From the NCBI GenBank assembly GCA_050250895.1, contig JBFWNU010000001.1:455998-519997 (forward strand): a DNA stretch of 64,000 bases, written 5' to 3'. Source of the DNA: Vulcanimicrobiota bacterium (GTDB lineage: Bacteria; Vulcanimicrobiota; Xenobia; Xenobiales; JADMJV01). Positions 27,414-37,331 of the stretch are shown here, in pieces. Each line of letters opens with the position of its first letter. Position 1 is the first letter of the stretch. The notes beneath the pieces are model-generated. The model searched no databases and was not told the DNA's origin. It worked only from the letters and a program-made list of their open reading frames with translations. The position numbers and the translations under genes were made by a program.

Positions 27414-28241
27414 ATGCTTACGATTATCAATCGCGCCGACGGTTCGGTGCTGGGTACCCTCAGCGGCGAAGAAGCCGCCCTGCTGCACGAAGTGCTGGTC
27501 GACGAGTTCGAAGGCGATGCCGACTACAACATCCGCCCGGCCACCCTCGAACTGCTCGAGGACAAACTGCGTCCCGAGAGCCTGGCCTGGCTGCGCCAGG
27601 CGGCCGATGAGCAGGGCTCGGTCGAGATCGGCCTCGAGCAAGAGATCACCGAGCCCACCTTCGAGGGGGTCTTGCGAGGCACTGATGGCGCACCTCTAGG
27701 CGGTCTGCGCGTGGACATTCTCGAGCCGATCGAGGCCACCGCTTTCTCGCGTCCCGATGGCGTCTTCCAGCTGCCCATGCCGGGCCCCAACGCCCGCTTC
27801 CGAGTGACCGCCCGCGGCAACCTCGTGCTCGAAGAGTTTGAAGAGTCGACCGACCAGCCCCTCGATATCGAGTTGCAGATCGTCTCGGGACAGCTGGTCA
27901 CCTCCGACGGCAAAGGCCTGCCCCTGGCCATTCTCTCGCTGGATTCGTGGGAACTGCTCAGTTCGGCTCAACGCCCGCCTGAGCAGCAGCTGTCCTGGGC
28001 GCGCACCGACGCCGACGGAAACTTTCGCCTGCCGGTGGCCTTTCCGCGCTTGAACGGCAAGGCACGCTGTGACTTCGAGGTCTTCGCGGCCAGCGGCGAA
28101 CCTCTGGGTGGTTACTGGAGCGTCGATCTCGAACTCGACACCCAGATGCTGCTCGAGCGCTACGAGGTGCCCGATCCCAATCCCAACTGGCCAGCCGACG
28201 AGACCGAGACCATCGCCCGCCTATCCCTGCCGATGAATTAA
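27414..28241 (+). CDS. Hypothetical protein with carboxypeptidase-regulatory-like beta domains
   Basis: G.L...DG.PL.G..V and TDADGNFRL motifs. Confidence 0.65.
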   Translation: MLTIINRADGSVLGTLSGEEAALLHEVLVDEFEGDADYNIRPATLELLEDKLRPESLAWLRQAADEQGSVEIGLEQEITEPTFEGVLRGTDGAPLGGLRVDILEPIEATAFSRPDGVFQLPMPGPNARFRVTARGNLVLEEFEESTDQPLDIELQIVSGQLVTSDGKGLPLAILSLDSWELLSSAQRPPEQQLSWARTDADGNFRLPVAFPRLNGKARCDFEVFAASGEPLGGYWSVDLELDTQMLLERYEVPDPNPNWPADETETIARLSLPMN

Positions 28242-28720
28242 GGCTTGACTTCCTGCCGGTATTCTCGAAAGCCCGCCTTCTTATAGACGTCCAGGGCGCG
28301 GGGGTGGTCGAGAGTGCAGGTGTGGACCCAGAGCCGCTCGATGGGGCGTAGGTAAGCCCGGTGAATAGCCCAGTCGAGCAAAAACCGCCCCAACCCTCGA
28401 CCTTGAAACTCGGGTATCAGGCCGAAATAGACGATCTGGGTCTGGGGACCCTGTTCGGCCAGCTCGACGTAGCCGGCTGGCACCCCGTCCAGGTAGAGGA
28501 CGAACACGCTGACTCCGGGTGCGTCGAGTTCAGCCCGTAGCTGCTCGTCCGTGAGTTTGTTGCGGTCGGTCCATTGGTACTCGCCTCCCACCTGCTCGTA
28601 GAGATAGCGATAATAAGAAATGGTCGGATTTTGGGCCTCCATCACCAGGCCACCCGTCGGAGGCGTGGGCTCGGACGAGGACGGCGCCTCTCGGCGCTCT
28701 AGATAGGTGATGACAACCAC
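28238..28720 (-). CDS. GNAT acetyltransferase
   Basis: FGLIPEFQGRGLG, HTCTLDHPRAL..Y.KAGF. Confidence 0.92.
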   Translation of the reverse strand: MVVITYLERREAPSSSEPTPPTGGLVMEAQNPTISYYRYLYEQVGGEYQWTDRNKLTDEQLRAELDAPGVSVFVLYLDGVPAGYVELAEQGPQTQIVYFGLIPEFQGRGLGRFLLDWAIHRAYLRPIERLWVHTCTLDHPRALDVYKKAGFREYRQEVKP

Positions 28721-28791
28721 TCGGGAGCTTTCTTGGCGGTCTGAGACAATGCCTACCAGGGACCGGGGCCAAGGGCCCGGAATCTCTTCCT

Positions 28792-29241
28792 ATGGAAGAA
28801 GAGAAAGCTGTCGAGACCGAAGGCGCAGCTCAAGAAGAGAACTTCGAAGAGCGGCGCAAGGCCTATCGACTCAACAAGGTGCTGGGGGCCACCATCGAGC
28901 ATCGCGGCGAAGTGACGCAAACTCGACTCTTCGTTATCGATATCAGCACATCGGGATTTCGGGCCACCAGTCACATTCCGCTGCCCGAGCAAGAAGAGCT
29001 CAAAGTGTCGGTCGCGCTCTCGAAAGAGGAAGAGCCCCTCGAAGCCAGGGCTCGTATCGTCTGGCAGAAAGAACTTACCGTCTCGGGCATGTTTCAATTG
29101 GGGGCCGAGTTCGTGGACCTGCCGGAGGACCAACTCGGGCGTCTCGAGGGGTTTATCGAGCGTGAGAAAAACTCGACTCCAGCCGCTCCCGCCAAGCCGT
29201 CCTCTGGGCTGGGCCGCCCCTGGACCATGATCAGGGACTAG
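28792..29241 (+). CDS. PilZ-domain c-di-GMP receptor
   Basis: RxxxR (ERRKAYR) and DxSxxG (DISTSG). Confidence 0.88.
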   Translation: MEEEKAVETEGAAQEENFEERRKAYRLNKVLGATIEHRGEVTQTRLFVIDISTSGFRATSHIPLPEQEELKVSVALSKEEEPLEARARIVWQKELTVSGMFQLGAEFVDLPEDQLGRLEGFIEREKNSTPAAPAKPSSGLGRPWTMIRD

Positions 29242-31546
29242 CTCCTTTCTGAACCCAGATGGGGGCTGCCCCCCGCAAGAGCCGCAACTGATCGTCGACC
29301 AGTTGGTAAAAATATACGAGCCGCTGGCCACCGGCGTAGGGCACAGACAGGGGTATCTCCACCCGGGCCGTGGCGCCGGCTGGCAGGTCTACGCCTAAGC
29401 GAAAGGGGACCATGTCGATCCGCGAAAGGGGTTGGCCGGCCAGCGGCGTTCGATAGACCATCAAGGTCTGGGCTGGCAAGGTCTCTTCTCCCAGGTTCTG
29501 CAGGGATACCGTGGCCAGATAGCTATTGCCGGCCTGCATCTGGTCCGAGGTCTCGAGGCCTCCCAGTCGCATCGAGGCCCGCTCGGCGGATAATCGAGCT
29601 TGCAGCGGCCGCACTCGCGCCCTGAAGAGGTGAGTTTCGCCGATGGTTTTGACCGCTTCCAGTTCGGGCAACGCTTGCAACTGCTCGAGGGTGTGCGGCC
29701 CCACCATCGACCCCGGCCGAAGCAACACCCAGTCGGGAGCCAGCAGGGCCAGCCGTTCGCTGCTCGGTCGGGCCCAGAAGGCGCGCGTAGACGAGCCAGC
29801 CCGATAAGGAAAGAAGCCTACCGGGTCCCCCGGTTCGGGCAGCGAGTGCCCCACCGAGAAAAGTCCCGCGGTTGCGTGAAAAGTCGATTCGAAATAGATG
29901 TCCCATCCACCGCTGGCCGGAAAATCTACCAGCAAACGCTGGCCTGGGGCCGAGGCCTCCCGCAGGAAAGCGGCCATGGCCAGGTCGGTGTCGTCGATCC
30001 CGAGGCGATGGCTCTGCTCGCGCACCCAGCGCGGCCCCGAGAGCGAGAAGAGTCGGACCGGAGCGCGGAGAGCGGCCCGCCAGGCCGGTCGACCGAAGGT
30101 CGGCAGCCAGGGAGCCAGACACAGTCCCATTAAAATCAGCGCCAGCACCCGCCCTGGCCGACCTGCTTCGCGCCAGAGCCCTCCGGCCATCACCCCCAGC
30201 CCACAAGCAAAACCAAGCCCGGCCGCATATTGCCAACGGAAGTATTCGAACTCGAAGACGGGTCCGAAGTCGACCACGCCTGGCACCAGGTAAGCGAACA
30301 AACCGAACAGCCAGTAGCCGCCTGCCAGCCACAAGCGACGCCGCCACAGATAGAGCGCCGTGAGCGGGGCCAACCAGGTGGCGAACCAGTGAAGTTGCAA
30401 GACTTCGGTCGACCAGATCGGCGCATAGAAGTTGCCCCCCTCGGGGGCCGGCCGCGCTCGGGCCAGCCAGCGATGGGCATAGCTGAGCCGCTGAAATCCG
30501 CCGAAGCCGAGCCGGATGCAAAACAGGTTGTGCTTGGGAAACTGCAGTCGCACCGTCTGATGCTGGGTCATTTCGACCTCGTTGGTGGCGCCCCCTGACT
30601 GAAGAAGGCCGGTGAACGCTCCGCCGGCCGATATGGCCAGCAGGCCAGCTATCAGCACAGCCGTGGCCGCCGAACGCAGCCGGGAGGCAAGCTGCCGGCC
30701 ACATCCCAACAGCGTTCCGCCTAACAGCACCATCGAAAGTAGCCCGAAGTGGGTCTCGTAGATTATGGCCAACGAGCCCAGGCAAACGCCGCAAAGGGCG
30801 GCCAGCACCGGCCCGCCCTCACGCCAGGTGCGCTCGATCAAAAAGAGCACCAGTACCAGCAGCACGTGGACCAGGCTATTATTGTTCTGAAAGGTATCCA
30901 GGGCACCCCCGCGGCCTCCCACCGCGATCCCGAAAAAGACCATCACGGCGCCGGCCAGAGCCGGCTCGGTCAGGCCGATAGAGCGACGCAGGGTGAGCAC
31001 CAGCAGGACCCAGGCCAGCACCGTCCAGGCGCTGGTCAGGGCAATCTGCCAACCCTGGGTGGTGCCCCCCAGCGAGGCCATGGAGGCGATCAGCAAGTCG
31101 CGGCCATAGTGACCCCTCAGCTTGATGTCGGGAAAGAACGGATGATGCGCCGGCAGCCCGGTTCGCGTCAGGATGCCCTGCAACGGCGCGTGAATCCAGT
31201 AATCGTCGTCAATGTTGAGGTTCTGCGACTGGTTGCAGTAAAGCCCCATCAACAGGCCCGCGGCCAGGGTGATCATCAACACACGTGGCTCTAGCAGAGG
31301 CTCGCCCCAGTCGGGAGGTGCCTGCCTGGACAGAGCTACCCCCGCCGCCGCCAACAAAACACCGGTCAGACCAGCCGCCCAGGCCAGTGGCAGCAGGTAG
31401 CTCAAGAAGTTGACCAGCAGCAAAAAGCCGACCAGGCCGAAGGCGGCCCCCAGGACGGTGGCCAGGACGCGGTCTGTCTCTTTCAAGAGATGGCGCGCCA
31501 CCTGCAGGCCAAACCACCAGCCGAGTGCGAGCAACAGACCGTTCAT
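29231..31546 (-). CDS. GT-C-like polytopic membrane protein (paralog 2)
   Basis: DDDYWIHAP, PFFPDIKLRGHYGRDLL, YETHFGL, FGPVFEFEYFRWQY. Confidence 0.75.
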   Translation of the reverse strand: MNGLLLALGWWFGLQVARHLLKETDRVLATVLGAAFGLVGFLLLVNFLSYLLPLAWAAGLTGVLLAAAGVALSRQAPPDWGEPLLEPRVLMITLAAGLLMGLYCNQSQNLNIDDDYWIHAPLQGILTRTGLPAHHPFFPDIKLRGHYGRDLLIASMASLGGTTQGWQIALTSAWTVLAWVLLVLTLRRSIGLTEPALAGAVMVFFGIAVGGRGGALDTFQNNNSLVHVLLVLVLFLIERTWREGGPVLAALCGVCLGSLAIIYETHFGLLSMVLLGGTLLGCGRQLASRLRSAATAVLIAGLLAISAGGAFTGLLQSGGATNEVEMTQHQTVRLQFPKHNLFCIRLGFGGFQRLSYAHRWLARARPAPEGGNFYAPIWSTEVLQLHWFATWLAPLTALYLWRRRLWLAGGYWLFGLFAYLVPGVVDFGPVFEFEYFRWQYAAGLGFACGLGVMAGGLWREAGRPGRVLALILMGLCLAPWLPTFGRPAWRAALRAPVRLFSLSGPRWVREQSHRLGIDDTDLAMAAFLREASAPGQRLLVDFPASGGWDIYFESTFHATAGLFSVGHSLPEPGDPVGFFPYRAGSSTRAFWARPSSERLALLAPDWVLLRPGSMVGPHTLEQLQALPELEAVKTIGETHLFRARVRPLQARLSAERASMRLGGLETSDQMQAGNSYLATVSLQNLGEETLPAQTLMVYRTPLAGQPLSRIDMVPFRLGVDLPAGATARVEIPLSVPYAGGQRLVYFYQLVDDQLRLLRGAAPIWVQKGASP

Positions 31547-33594
31547 GGGCTGATCCTGTAAATCAGACGCGTGACCCCGTCATCTCCGGGATTGCCATGA
31601 TAGGCCTTCTCCAGGCCGGGAACCCTCCCATAAGTCTCGAGCACCTGGTCGGCGTTGACTCCGACCCTCAGATAGATCCAGTCCAGGTCTAGTTGGCGGC
31701 ACCGCTCCAGAGTCGGTTCGGTCAACAAAGCCCGGGCCTCGGGCTGCATTCTAAAGGGGGGTAAGCCGATAGCGTCGCTATCCAGAGGCAGAGCATGTCC
31801 CACGCACCAAAGGCCGGTGCGTCCCGCCAGAGCCGACTCGAAGTGAATGGCCCACGGGTCCCCTTCGTTGAAATTTACCAGCACCCGCTGGTTCGGCTCG
31901 CACTTACCCCTGAGCCACTCGCTCGCCTCGAAGTCGGCCGGCCCGAAACGCAGGGCCTCGCGATGACGCACCAGCCAATCCCGTTCAGAGAGGCCCAATC
32001 GGGCCACCCGAAGCCAGCCCCCCTCGGTGCGCAGGCGCTCGGGCAGTTGGCCGACGAAATGGCGCCCGGGTTGGGTGTTCAACCAGACCAGCAAGAGCAC
32101 CGGCAGCCAGCCGAGGATTCTGGTGCGTCCCTCCAACTGAAAGCGCCCCTCCTCTGAGGTCAGCCTCAACTCGGGGTCACCGGCCAGACGGACAGCCGCG
32201 GTCACCAGCGCCATGCCCAGGGCAGCGGCCAATCCGAAGCTGGCGGCGAACTGCCAGCGGAAATACTCGGCCTCGTGAACAGGACCGAAGTCGAACGCCC
32301 CCGGAACCAGAAAGGCAAAGGCGCCGAACCACCAGAACAGCAACCCGGTTCGATGTCGGGTCCGCATCAACTCGAGAAAAGTCAGGGGGGCCAGATAGAG
32401 GGCCAGCCAGTGGATCTTTAGCACCACCCAGGACCAGAGCGGCAGATAGTTGGGGTCACTCCGCTCAGGTTGATGGTCGAACCACTCGAAAAAGATGCGA
32501 GGAGGGCGGAAGCGATAGGCCGAGGAGACCTGCTGTCCCTCGCCCACAGCGATCTTCAGGTGCAGGAAGGGTCGTTTGGGAAAGTGGATGCTGACCGACT
32601 GAGACTGGTTCTGGATGGCCTGGTCCATGGGTTGGGTGGGGCCCGCCCCCAGGGCGCGGGCGGCTAGATTGGTGAAGGCTCCGCCCTGGGTCAAAGAAAA
32701 GAGCATAGCCACCAGCAGGGCCACCAGGCTCAGGCGCGCGAGTTTGCGGTCGAGCAGGCAGACATTGACTCCGACCAACCCGAGAATGAACAAACCAAAG
32801 TGGGTTTCGTAGACGATGGGATAGACCCCCAACACCAACCCGCAGGCCACGGCCACCCCGAGCCGCTCGCTCTGCCAGGCCAGCAGGATCAGATAGCAGA
32901 GCAATCCCAGCACCAGATACACCGGACAGGTGTTGTTCTGATAGAACTCGAGTAAACCGAACTTGTAACCGGCGTTGACTCCCAGATAGATGAACCCCGT
33001 CGCCAGCACCGCCTGGGACCTCGACCCGGTAAAGCGCCAGAAGGTGACGAAGTAGATGAGAAGCGAGAGCACCTGGGTTACGGTGGTGACCACCATTTGC
33101 GAAAACCAGGGTGTTACTCGAGCCAGATAGGCCACGCTCACCACCAGCAGGTCGCGCCCGTAGTGTCCGCGCAGGGTCAATTCGGGGAAGTAGGGATTGC
33201 GGGGGGGAAAGTCACCGGCCAGCATATGAGCTTGCAAAGGCGCGTGGAGCCAGAAGTCGTCGTCGACGTGGGTGAACTGACCCCAATTCGAAGACAGGGC
33301 CACCACCATCACGCCCAAAAATAGACCGATCCAGCTGGCCGAGTCTAGACCCTCGAGTTCGCCCGGCTCAAGGCGTCCACACAGCATCCCCGCGGTCCCC
33401 AGCAGCAGCAGACCCACCGTCAAGCTGGCCCCGAGGCCAAAGCCGAGGCGCAGCCCGGTGTTGGCCACCACCAGCAACCCGACCACCGCCAGGCCACCAC
33501 CCACGGCGATGGCTTCGACCGTTTGGCGGGTCCGCAACCAGCGAGTGGCCACCTGCCAGCCGAAGAGCATGGCCAGAACCAGCGCCATGACCAC
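31543..33594 (-). CDS. GT-C-like polytopic membrane protein (paralog 3)
   Basis: DDDFWLHAP, NPYFPELTLRGHYGRDLL, YETHFGL, FGPVHEAEYFRWQF; GTG start downstream of GGAGG. Confidence 0.75.
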   Translation of the reverse strand: MVMALVLAMLFGWQVATRWLRTRQTVEAIAVGGGLAVVGLLVVANTGLRLGFGLGASLTVGLLLLGTAGMLCGRLEPGELEGLDSASWIGLFLGVMVVALSSNWGQFTHVDDDFWLHAPLQAHMLAGDFPPRNPYFPELTLRGHYGRDLLVVSVAYLARVTPWFSQMVVTTVTQVLSLLIYFVTFWRFTGSRSQAVLATGFIYLGVNAGYKFGLLEFYQNNTCPVYLVLGLLCYLILLAWQSERLGVAVACGLVLGVYPIVYETHFGLFILGLVGVNVCLLDRKLARLSLVALLVAMLFSLTQGGAFTNLAARALGAGPTQPMDQAIQNQSQSVSIHFPKRPFLHLKIAVGEGQQVSSAYRFRPPRIFFEWFDHQPERSDPNYLPLWSWVVLKIHWLALYLAPLTFLELMRTRHRTGLLFWWFGAFAFLVPGAFDFGPVHEAEYFRWQFAASFGLAAALGMALVTAAVRLAGDPELRLTSEEGRFQLEGRTRILGWLPVLLLVWLNTQPGRHFVGQLPERLRTEGGWLRVARLGLSERDWLVRHREALRFGPADFEASEWLRGKCEPNQRVLVNFNEGDPWAIHFESALAGRTGLWCVGHALPLDSDAIGLPPFRMQPEARALLTEPTLERCRQLDLDWIYLRVGVNADQVLETYGRVPGLEKAYHGNPGDDGVTRLIYRISP

Positions 33595-33596
33595 GA

Positions 33597-34343
33597 CTAG
33601 AGGCCCTCCAGAAAATCCCGCACCCAACCTGAATAGTCCGCGCCGGCCACACTCAGCAGATTGTTGTGAGTGGCCCCCAGGACCAGCCGCAGCGTGCTGC
33701 GCTGAGGAGCTGCCTGATGCAAGGCCCGGCCCATCTGGTAGGGAACGAGAGCGTCGCAGGTTCCGTGAATGACCAGCAGGGGTACCTGCAGTTGGCGGAC
33801 GCGCTCGAGGTTGGGAAAATGGGCTTTGAGCGGCAGCCTCGGCACGATCCGATGGGCCACCTCGCGCACCGAGGTGAAGGTCGACTCGAGAATCAGAGCC
33901 TTGCAGAGGTTGGCCGTGGCGATGCGACAGGCGACCCCACCCCCCAGCGAGCGACCGTAAATGATGATTCGGTCGGGATCCTGGTCGGCCTGGGCCAGGG
34001 CGTAGTCATAGGCGTGCTGGCCGTCTTCGTAGAGGCCTGGCTCGCTGGGCCGCCCCGGGCTCTTGCCGAATCCGCGATAGTCGATGGCCAGCACGTTCAA
34101 GCCTAGTTCGTGCAGCCTCTGCAAACGCCGTCCGCGAGCACTGGGGAAGGACAGGTTTCCGGCGTTGCCGTGATAGAAGACCAGCCACGGATGGTGTGGC
34201 TTCGAACGCCAACACCAGGCCGTCAAGTCTCGGATGCGCATGGCCTGGGCGCCGACCTGCTCGGGTCGGATGACCCACCAATAGGGAAGACCCCAGTAGA
34301 CCAGACGATCGAACATGAGACAATAAAAAAGGGCGAGAGCCAC
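33597..34343 (-). CDS. Alpha/beta hydrolase (ABHD13/YfhR-like)
   Basis: HGNAGN, DYRGFGKS.G.PSE.G, GRSLGG, HGT.D, HNN. Confidence 0.92.
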   Translation of the reverse strand: MALALFYCLMFDRLVYWGLPYWWVIRPEQVGAQAMRIRDLTAWCWRSKPHHPWLVFYHGNAGNLSFPSARGRRLQRLHELGLNVLAIDYRGFGKSPGRPSEPGLYEDGQHAYDYALAQADQDPDRIIIYGRSLGGGVACRIATANLCKALILESTFTSVREVAHRIVPRLPLKAHFPNLERVRQLQVPLLVIHGTCDALVPYQMGRALHQAAPQRSTLRLVLGATHNNLLSVAGADYSGWVRDFLEGL

Positions 34344-34368
34344 ACTCTCGCCCTCTTTCGAAGGACCC

Positions 34369-34746
34369 CTACTTCTTCTTCTTCTTGCCGTCGCCCTCGC
34401 CCGGCAGACCGACTTTTACCAGTCGCAGCTTGTCGATGATCAGGTTCAAGTCGTGGGGCCCCAGGGCCGGTGACAGCGGCACTTTGTCTTCGGCGCCCTC
34501 TTCGCGCTCGATGATGGGCGTTTCGCCGCCGATATCCTCATAAGAAACTTCGCAATGCAGCACGTTGGTGGCGAGCTTGTAGATGAGCGGAATGCTCTCA
34601 TAGGGGGTATTGGGAAAGTCGCGACCCCAGGAGTTGATCATGTTGACCGTCAACTCTTCCACGCTCATCGCCTTGCCGTGGTCGTCGAGAATTCTGCGGA
34701 TAACCTCGACCGCCGGGGTGCTCTTGCCTACATCTTTCAAAGCCAT
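34369..34746 (-). CDS. Hypothetical protein, possible winged-helix N-terminus
   Basis: Clean ORF with upstream SD-like GGAGG; IRRILDDHGKAMSVEEL. Confidence 0.65.
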   Translation of the reverse strand: MALKDVGKSTPAVEVIRRILDDHGKAMSVEELTVNMINSWGRDFPNTPYESIPLIYKLATNVLHCEVSYEDIGGETPIIEREEGAEDKVPLSPALGPHDLNLIIDKLRLVKVGLPGEGDGKKKKK

Positions 34747-34748
34747 AG

Positions 34749-35432
34749 TTGGTCCGTTCCTCCAAAATCGTAGGGCCCTATTCTAAGCCAATTCCCGAAT
34801 CCCTGTCCGGTCGAGCGCCCAACAGGGGCCACGGCGGCCCTGGCGAAGAGCCCTGGGCATTGATCTGGGATTTCAACGAGGCAGAATCCATCAAAGAACT
34901 GGTCGAGAAGGGGCTCGAGGTCCTGGAACGCCAGCTCGAAGTCCAGGCCGCTCTGATGCTCCACGGAGACGAACTCAGCGGTCAGGCCAGCGTGCGCGGG
35001 GTCTTCAAGGCCCGCGATTTCGACGAGTTCGAGCAGCAAAAGCTGCTAGGTCTGGTGCGTGATTGCCGCGGCCCTGGTCGCCTATCCGAGGAGCTTACCG
35101 GCGAATTCTTTCCCGACCTCCACGTGGTGGGCATTCCTCTGGCCCAACCCATGGGCGAGTTTCTGGGCGCCATTCTGGTCGGATTTGGGCAGGAGGGCCA
35201 GCTCGACCTCGAGCTGCTGGCTCGCTTCGGAGGAGCCTATCTCGACAGCCTGACCCAGCTGCTGTCGGCTCTCGATGACGAACCCGCCAGCCTCGAAGAC
35301 CTGCTCAGCCGGGTCACGGCCGATGACGGCGACGAGAGCCCGCCCTCGTTGCACTGGACCAGCGAGAAGACGAGCCTGGGAGTGGAGATCCCCCGCTCGG
35401 TCATCAGCCGCATGCTGGTCGACTGGCTGTGA
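34749..35432 (+). CDS. Hypothetical GAF-like protein (start uncertain)
   Basis: VVGIPLAQPMGEFLGAILV...DLELL; stop overlaps next start. Confidence 0.55.
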   Translation: MVRSSKIVGPYSKPIPESLSGRAPNRGHGGPGEEPWALIWDFNEAESIKELVEKGLEVLERQLEVQAALMLHGDELSGQASVRGVFKARDFDEFEQQKLLGLVRDCRGPGRLSEELTGEFFPDLHVVGIPLAQPMGEFLGAILVGFGQEGQLDLELLARFGGAYLDSLTQLLSALDDEPASLEDLLSRVTADDGDESPPSLHWTSEKTSLGVEIPRSVISRMLVDWL

Positions 35433-36844
35433 AGACCAGCGTCTACATCCTCTATACCGGTGGGACCATCGGAATGAAGCCGGGCTCGACGGGGGCGCTC
35501 GTGCCGGCTTCACGGGATGAACTGCTGGCCTGCCTGACGGGCCTTGGTGAAGAGTCCGGGGTGGCGTGGGAACTCGGCTCGCTCACCGAGGAAGACGGCT
35601 CGGAGGTCGGTCCCCTGGACTCTTCGGCCGTGAGTCCCGCCCACTGGGTGACCATCGCCGCCGCCCTCGAGCGCGTCTATGCCAAATACGACGGCTTTGT
35701 GGTGCTCCACGGCACGGATACGCTGGCCTACACCGCTTCGGCCCTGTCGTTCTTGCTGGTCAACCTGGCCAAGCCCGTAATTCTGACCGGTGCCCAGCGA
35801 CCCATTTTCTGCGAGCGGACCGATGCCCACCAGAACCTGATCAACGCGCTCCACATCGCCGGCTATAAGGCTACCGGGTTGCCGTTGGTGGCCGAGGTGG
35901 CCGTCTGCTTCGGTGACGCGTTGTTGCGAGGCAACCGCACCCGCAAATACAGCACGGCAGCCTGGCAGGGCTTTGCCTCGCCAAACTATCCCCGACTGGG
36001 AGACCTGGGCGAGACCATCGTCATCCACAAGAGCCGCCTGCGACCGGTCCCCGATGCCGAGGCGCCCTTCTACATCCATCGCCGCCTCGAAGGCGAAGTC
36101 ATGGACGTAACCCTCTTTCCCGGCGTCAAAGCCTCGCAATTTCAGGCCATGACCAGCCTGCCCGGTTTACGAGGGTTGCTCTTGCGCACTTTCGGCTCAG
36201 GCACCACCCCGCGCAACCCCGAACTGCTCGAGGCCATCGGCGAGGCCGCCCGCCGCGGCCTGGCCCTGTTGGTGATCACCCAGTGCTACGAGGGCAGCGT
36301 CGACCTGGGGCGCTACGACGCCAGCAGCGCGCTCCTCGAAGAGCGCCTCTCGAGCGGCTTCGACCTCACCCCCGAAGCCGCTCTAACCAAACTCATGTGG
36401 CTATTGGCCCTGGAATCGGGCCGAGAGGCCGGCGTGCAGTTGGCCATCTCGCACCGCGGCGAGCAGAGCTTCAACCAGTTCGATCTGGTCTTTCCGCCCC
36501 CCACCGAGGCCACCAACCTGCACGAGGTCTCGCAACGAGCGGCGGGGCCGGTCTCTCGGGCTCGCCTGAAGCGGGCTATTGTCCGAGTTTCGGGTCTTGA
36601 GTCCCAGGCACCGGTGCGAGTCTTTCTCAACGCTGCCGGGCTCTCGCCCCAGACGCCCAGCCAGGATGTCCGTTGCCTGGCCGAGTTGAACCCAGACGGG
36701 GGTCATGCCGTGGCCGACGTCAGCGAGGGAGTCAAGCGCTTGATGGTGGCCGAGCGCCCCTTTCGTTTGACCGTGACGGCCGCCGGTCAACCTTTCTCCT
36801 ATCAACGCCTGACCTTGAGCCTGTTGCTCGAGGCGCCGGATTGA
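35429..36844 (+). CDS. ansA: Type I L-asparaginase with extra C-terminal domain
   Basis: YTGGTIGM, LDSS, HGTDTLAY, LTGAQ, RGNRTRK, F.SPN, EAALTKL. Confidence 0.9.
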   Translation: MKTSVYILYTGGTIGMKPGSTGALVPASRDELLACLTGLGEESGVAWELGSLTEEDGSEVGPLDSSAVSPAHWVTIAAALERVYAKYDGFVVLHGTDTLAYTASALSFLLVNLAKPVILTGAQRPIFCERTDAHQNLINALHIAGYKATGLPLVAEVAVCFGDALLRGNRTRKYSTAAWQGFASPNYPRLGDLGETIVIHKSRLRPVPDAEAPFYIHRRLEGEVMDVTLFPGVKASQFQAMTSLPGLRGLLLRTFGSGTTPRNPELLEAIGEAARRGLALLVITQCYEGSVDLGRYDASSALLEERLSSGFDLTPEAALTKLMWLLALESGREAGVQLAISHRGEQSFNQFDLVFPPPTEATNLHEVSQRAAGPVSRARLKRAIVRVSGLESQAPVRVFLNAAGLSPQTPSQDVRCLAELNPDGGHAVADVSEGVKRLMVAERPFRLTVTAAGQPFSYQRLTLSLLLEAPD

Positions 36845-36848
36845 AGGC

Positions 36849-36881
36849 AAAAAAAAAAGCCCCCGCACGAAACGGGGGACC
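36849..36881 (-). terminator. Intrinsic terminator of the DUF5684 gene
   Basis: Minus strand: cccccg-tttcgtg-cggggg followed by a long T run. Confidence 0.85.
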
Positions 36882-36896
36882 TTCTCGATTTGCCTA

Positions 36897-37268
36897 TTAG
36901 GCGGCTGGGCCAATATATTCGGCGTCACCGAAGGCAAGTAGCGGGATAAAGATGAACCCTAACAGCATAATGCCGATCGCGTATACCGTATCCTTACCGA
37001 AAGACCGGGCCAGGTACACGGCCCACCAAATCTGGAAAATGATACCACCGACGAACGGTACGAAACACAATAGGATCGACCAGACGGGCATACCAACGAT
37101 CTGGGTCATAACGTAGAGATTGTAGAACGGAATCAGACATTCCCAACCAGCTCTACCGGCTTTTTCGAACAGCCGCCAACCGGCAGCCACGAAAAAGATC
37201 ATGATGCCGAGGAAGACGACCATAAAAATAATGCCGCCTAAGCCTCCACCACTTCCATCATCCATCAA
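36897..37268 (-). CDS. DUF5684-type small membrane protein
   Basis: W.LFEKAG..GW...IPFYN.Y; LARSFGK; LAFGDAEY.GP. Confidence 0.88.
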   Translation of the reverse strand: MMDDGSGGGLGGIIFMVVFLGIMIFFVAAGWRLFEKAGRAGWECLIPFYNLYVMTQIVGMPVWSILLCFVPFVGGIIFQIWWAVYLARSFGKDTVYAIGIMLLGFIFIPLLAFGDAEYIGPAA

Positions 37269-37297
37269 AAGTAGACTCCTTCCTTCACAATGACACT

Positions 37298-37327
37298 ATG
37301 ATAAACCTTCCGTTGAATCGATGTCAA
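37298..37327 (-). promoter_or_regulatory. Sigma70-type promoter of the DUF5684 gene
   Basis: TTGACA-18 bp-TATCAT, followed by AAGGAG SD. Confidence 0.6.
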
Positions 37328-37331
37328 CATA

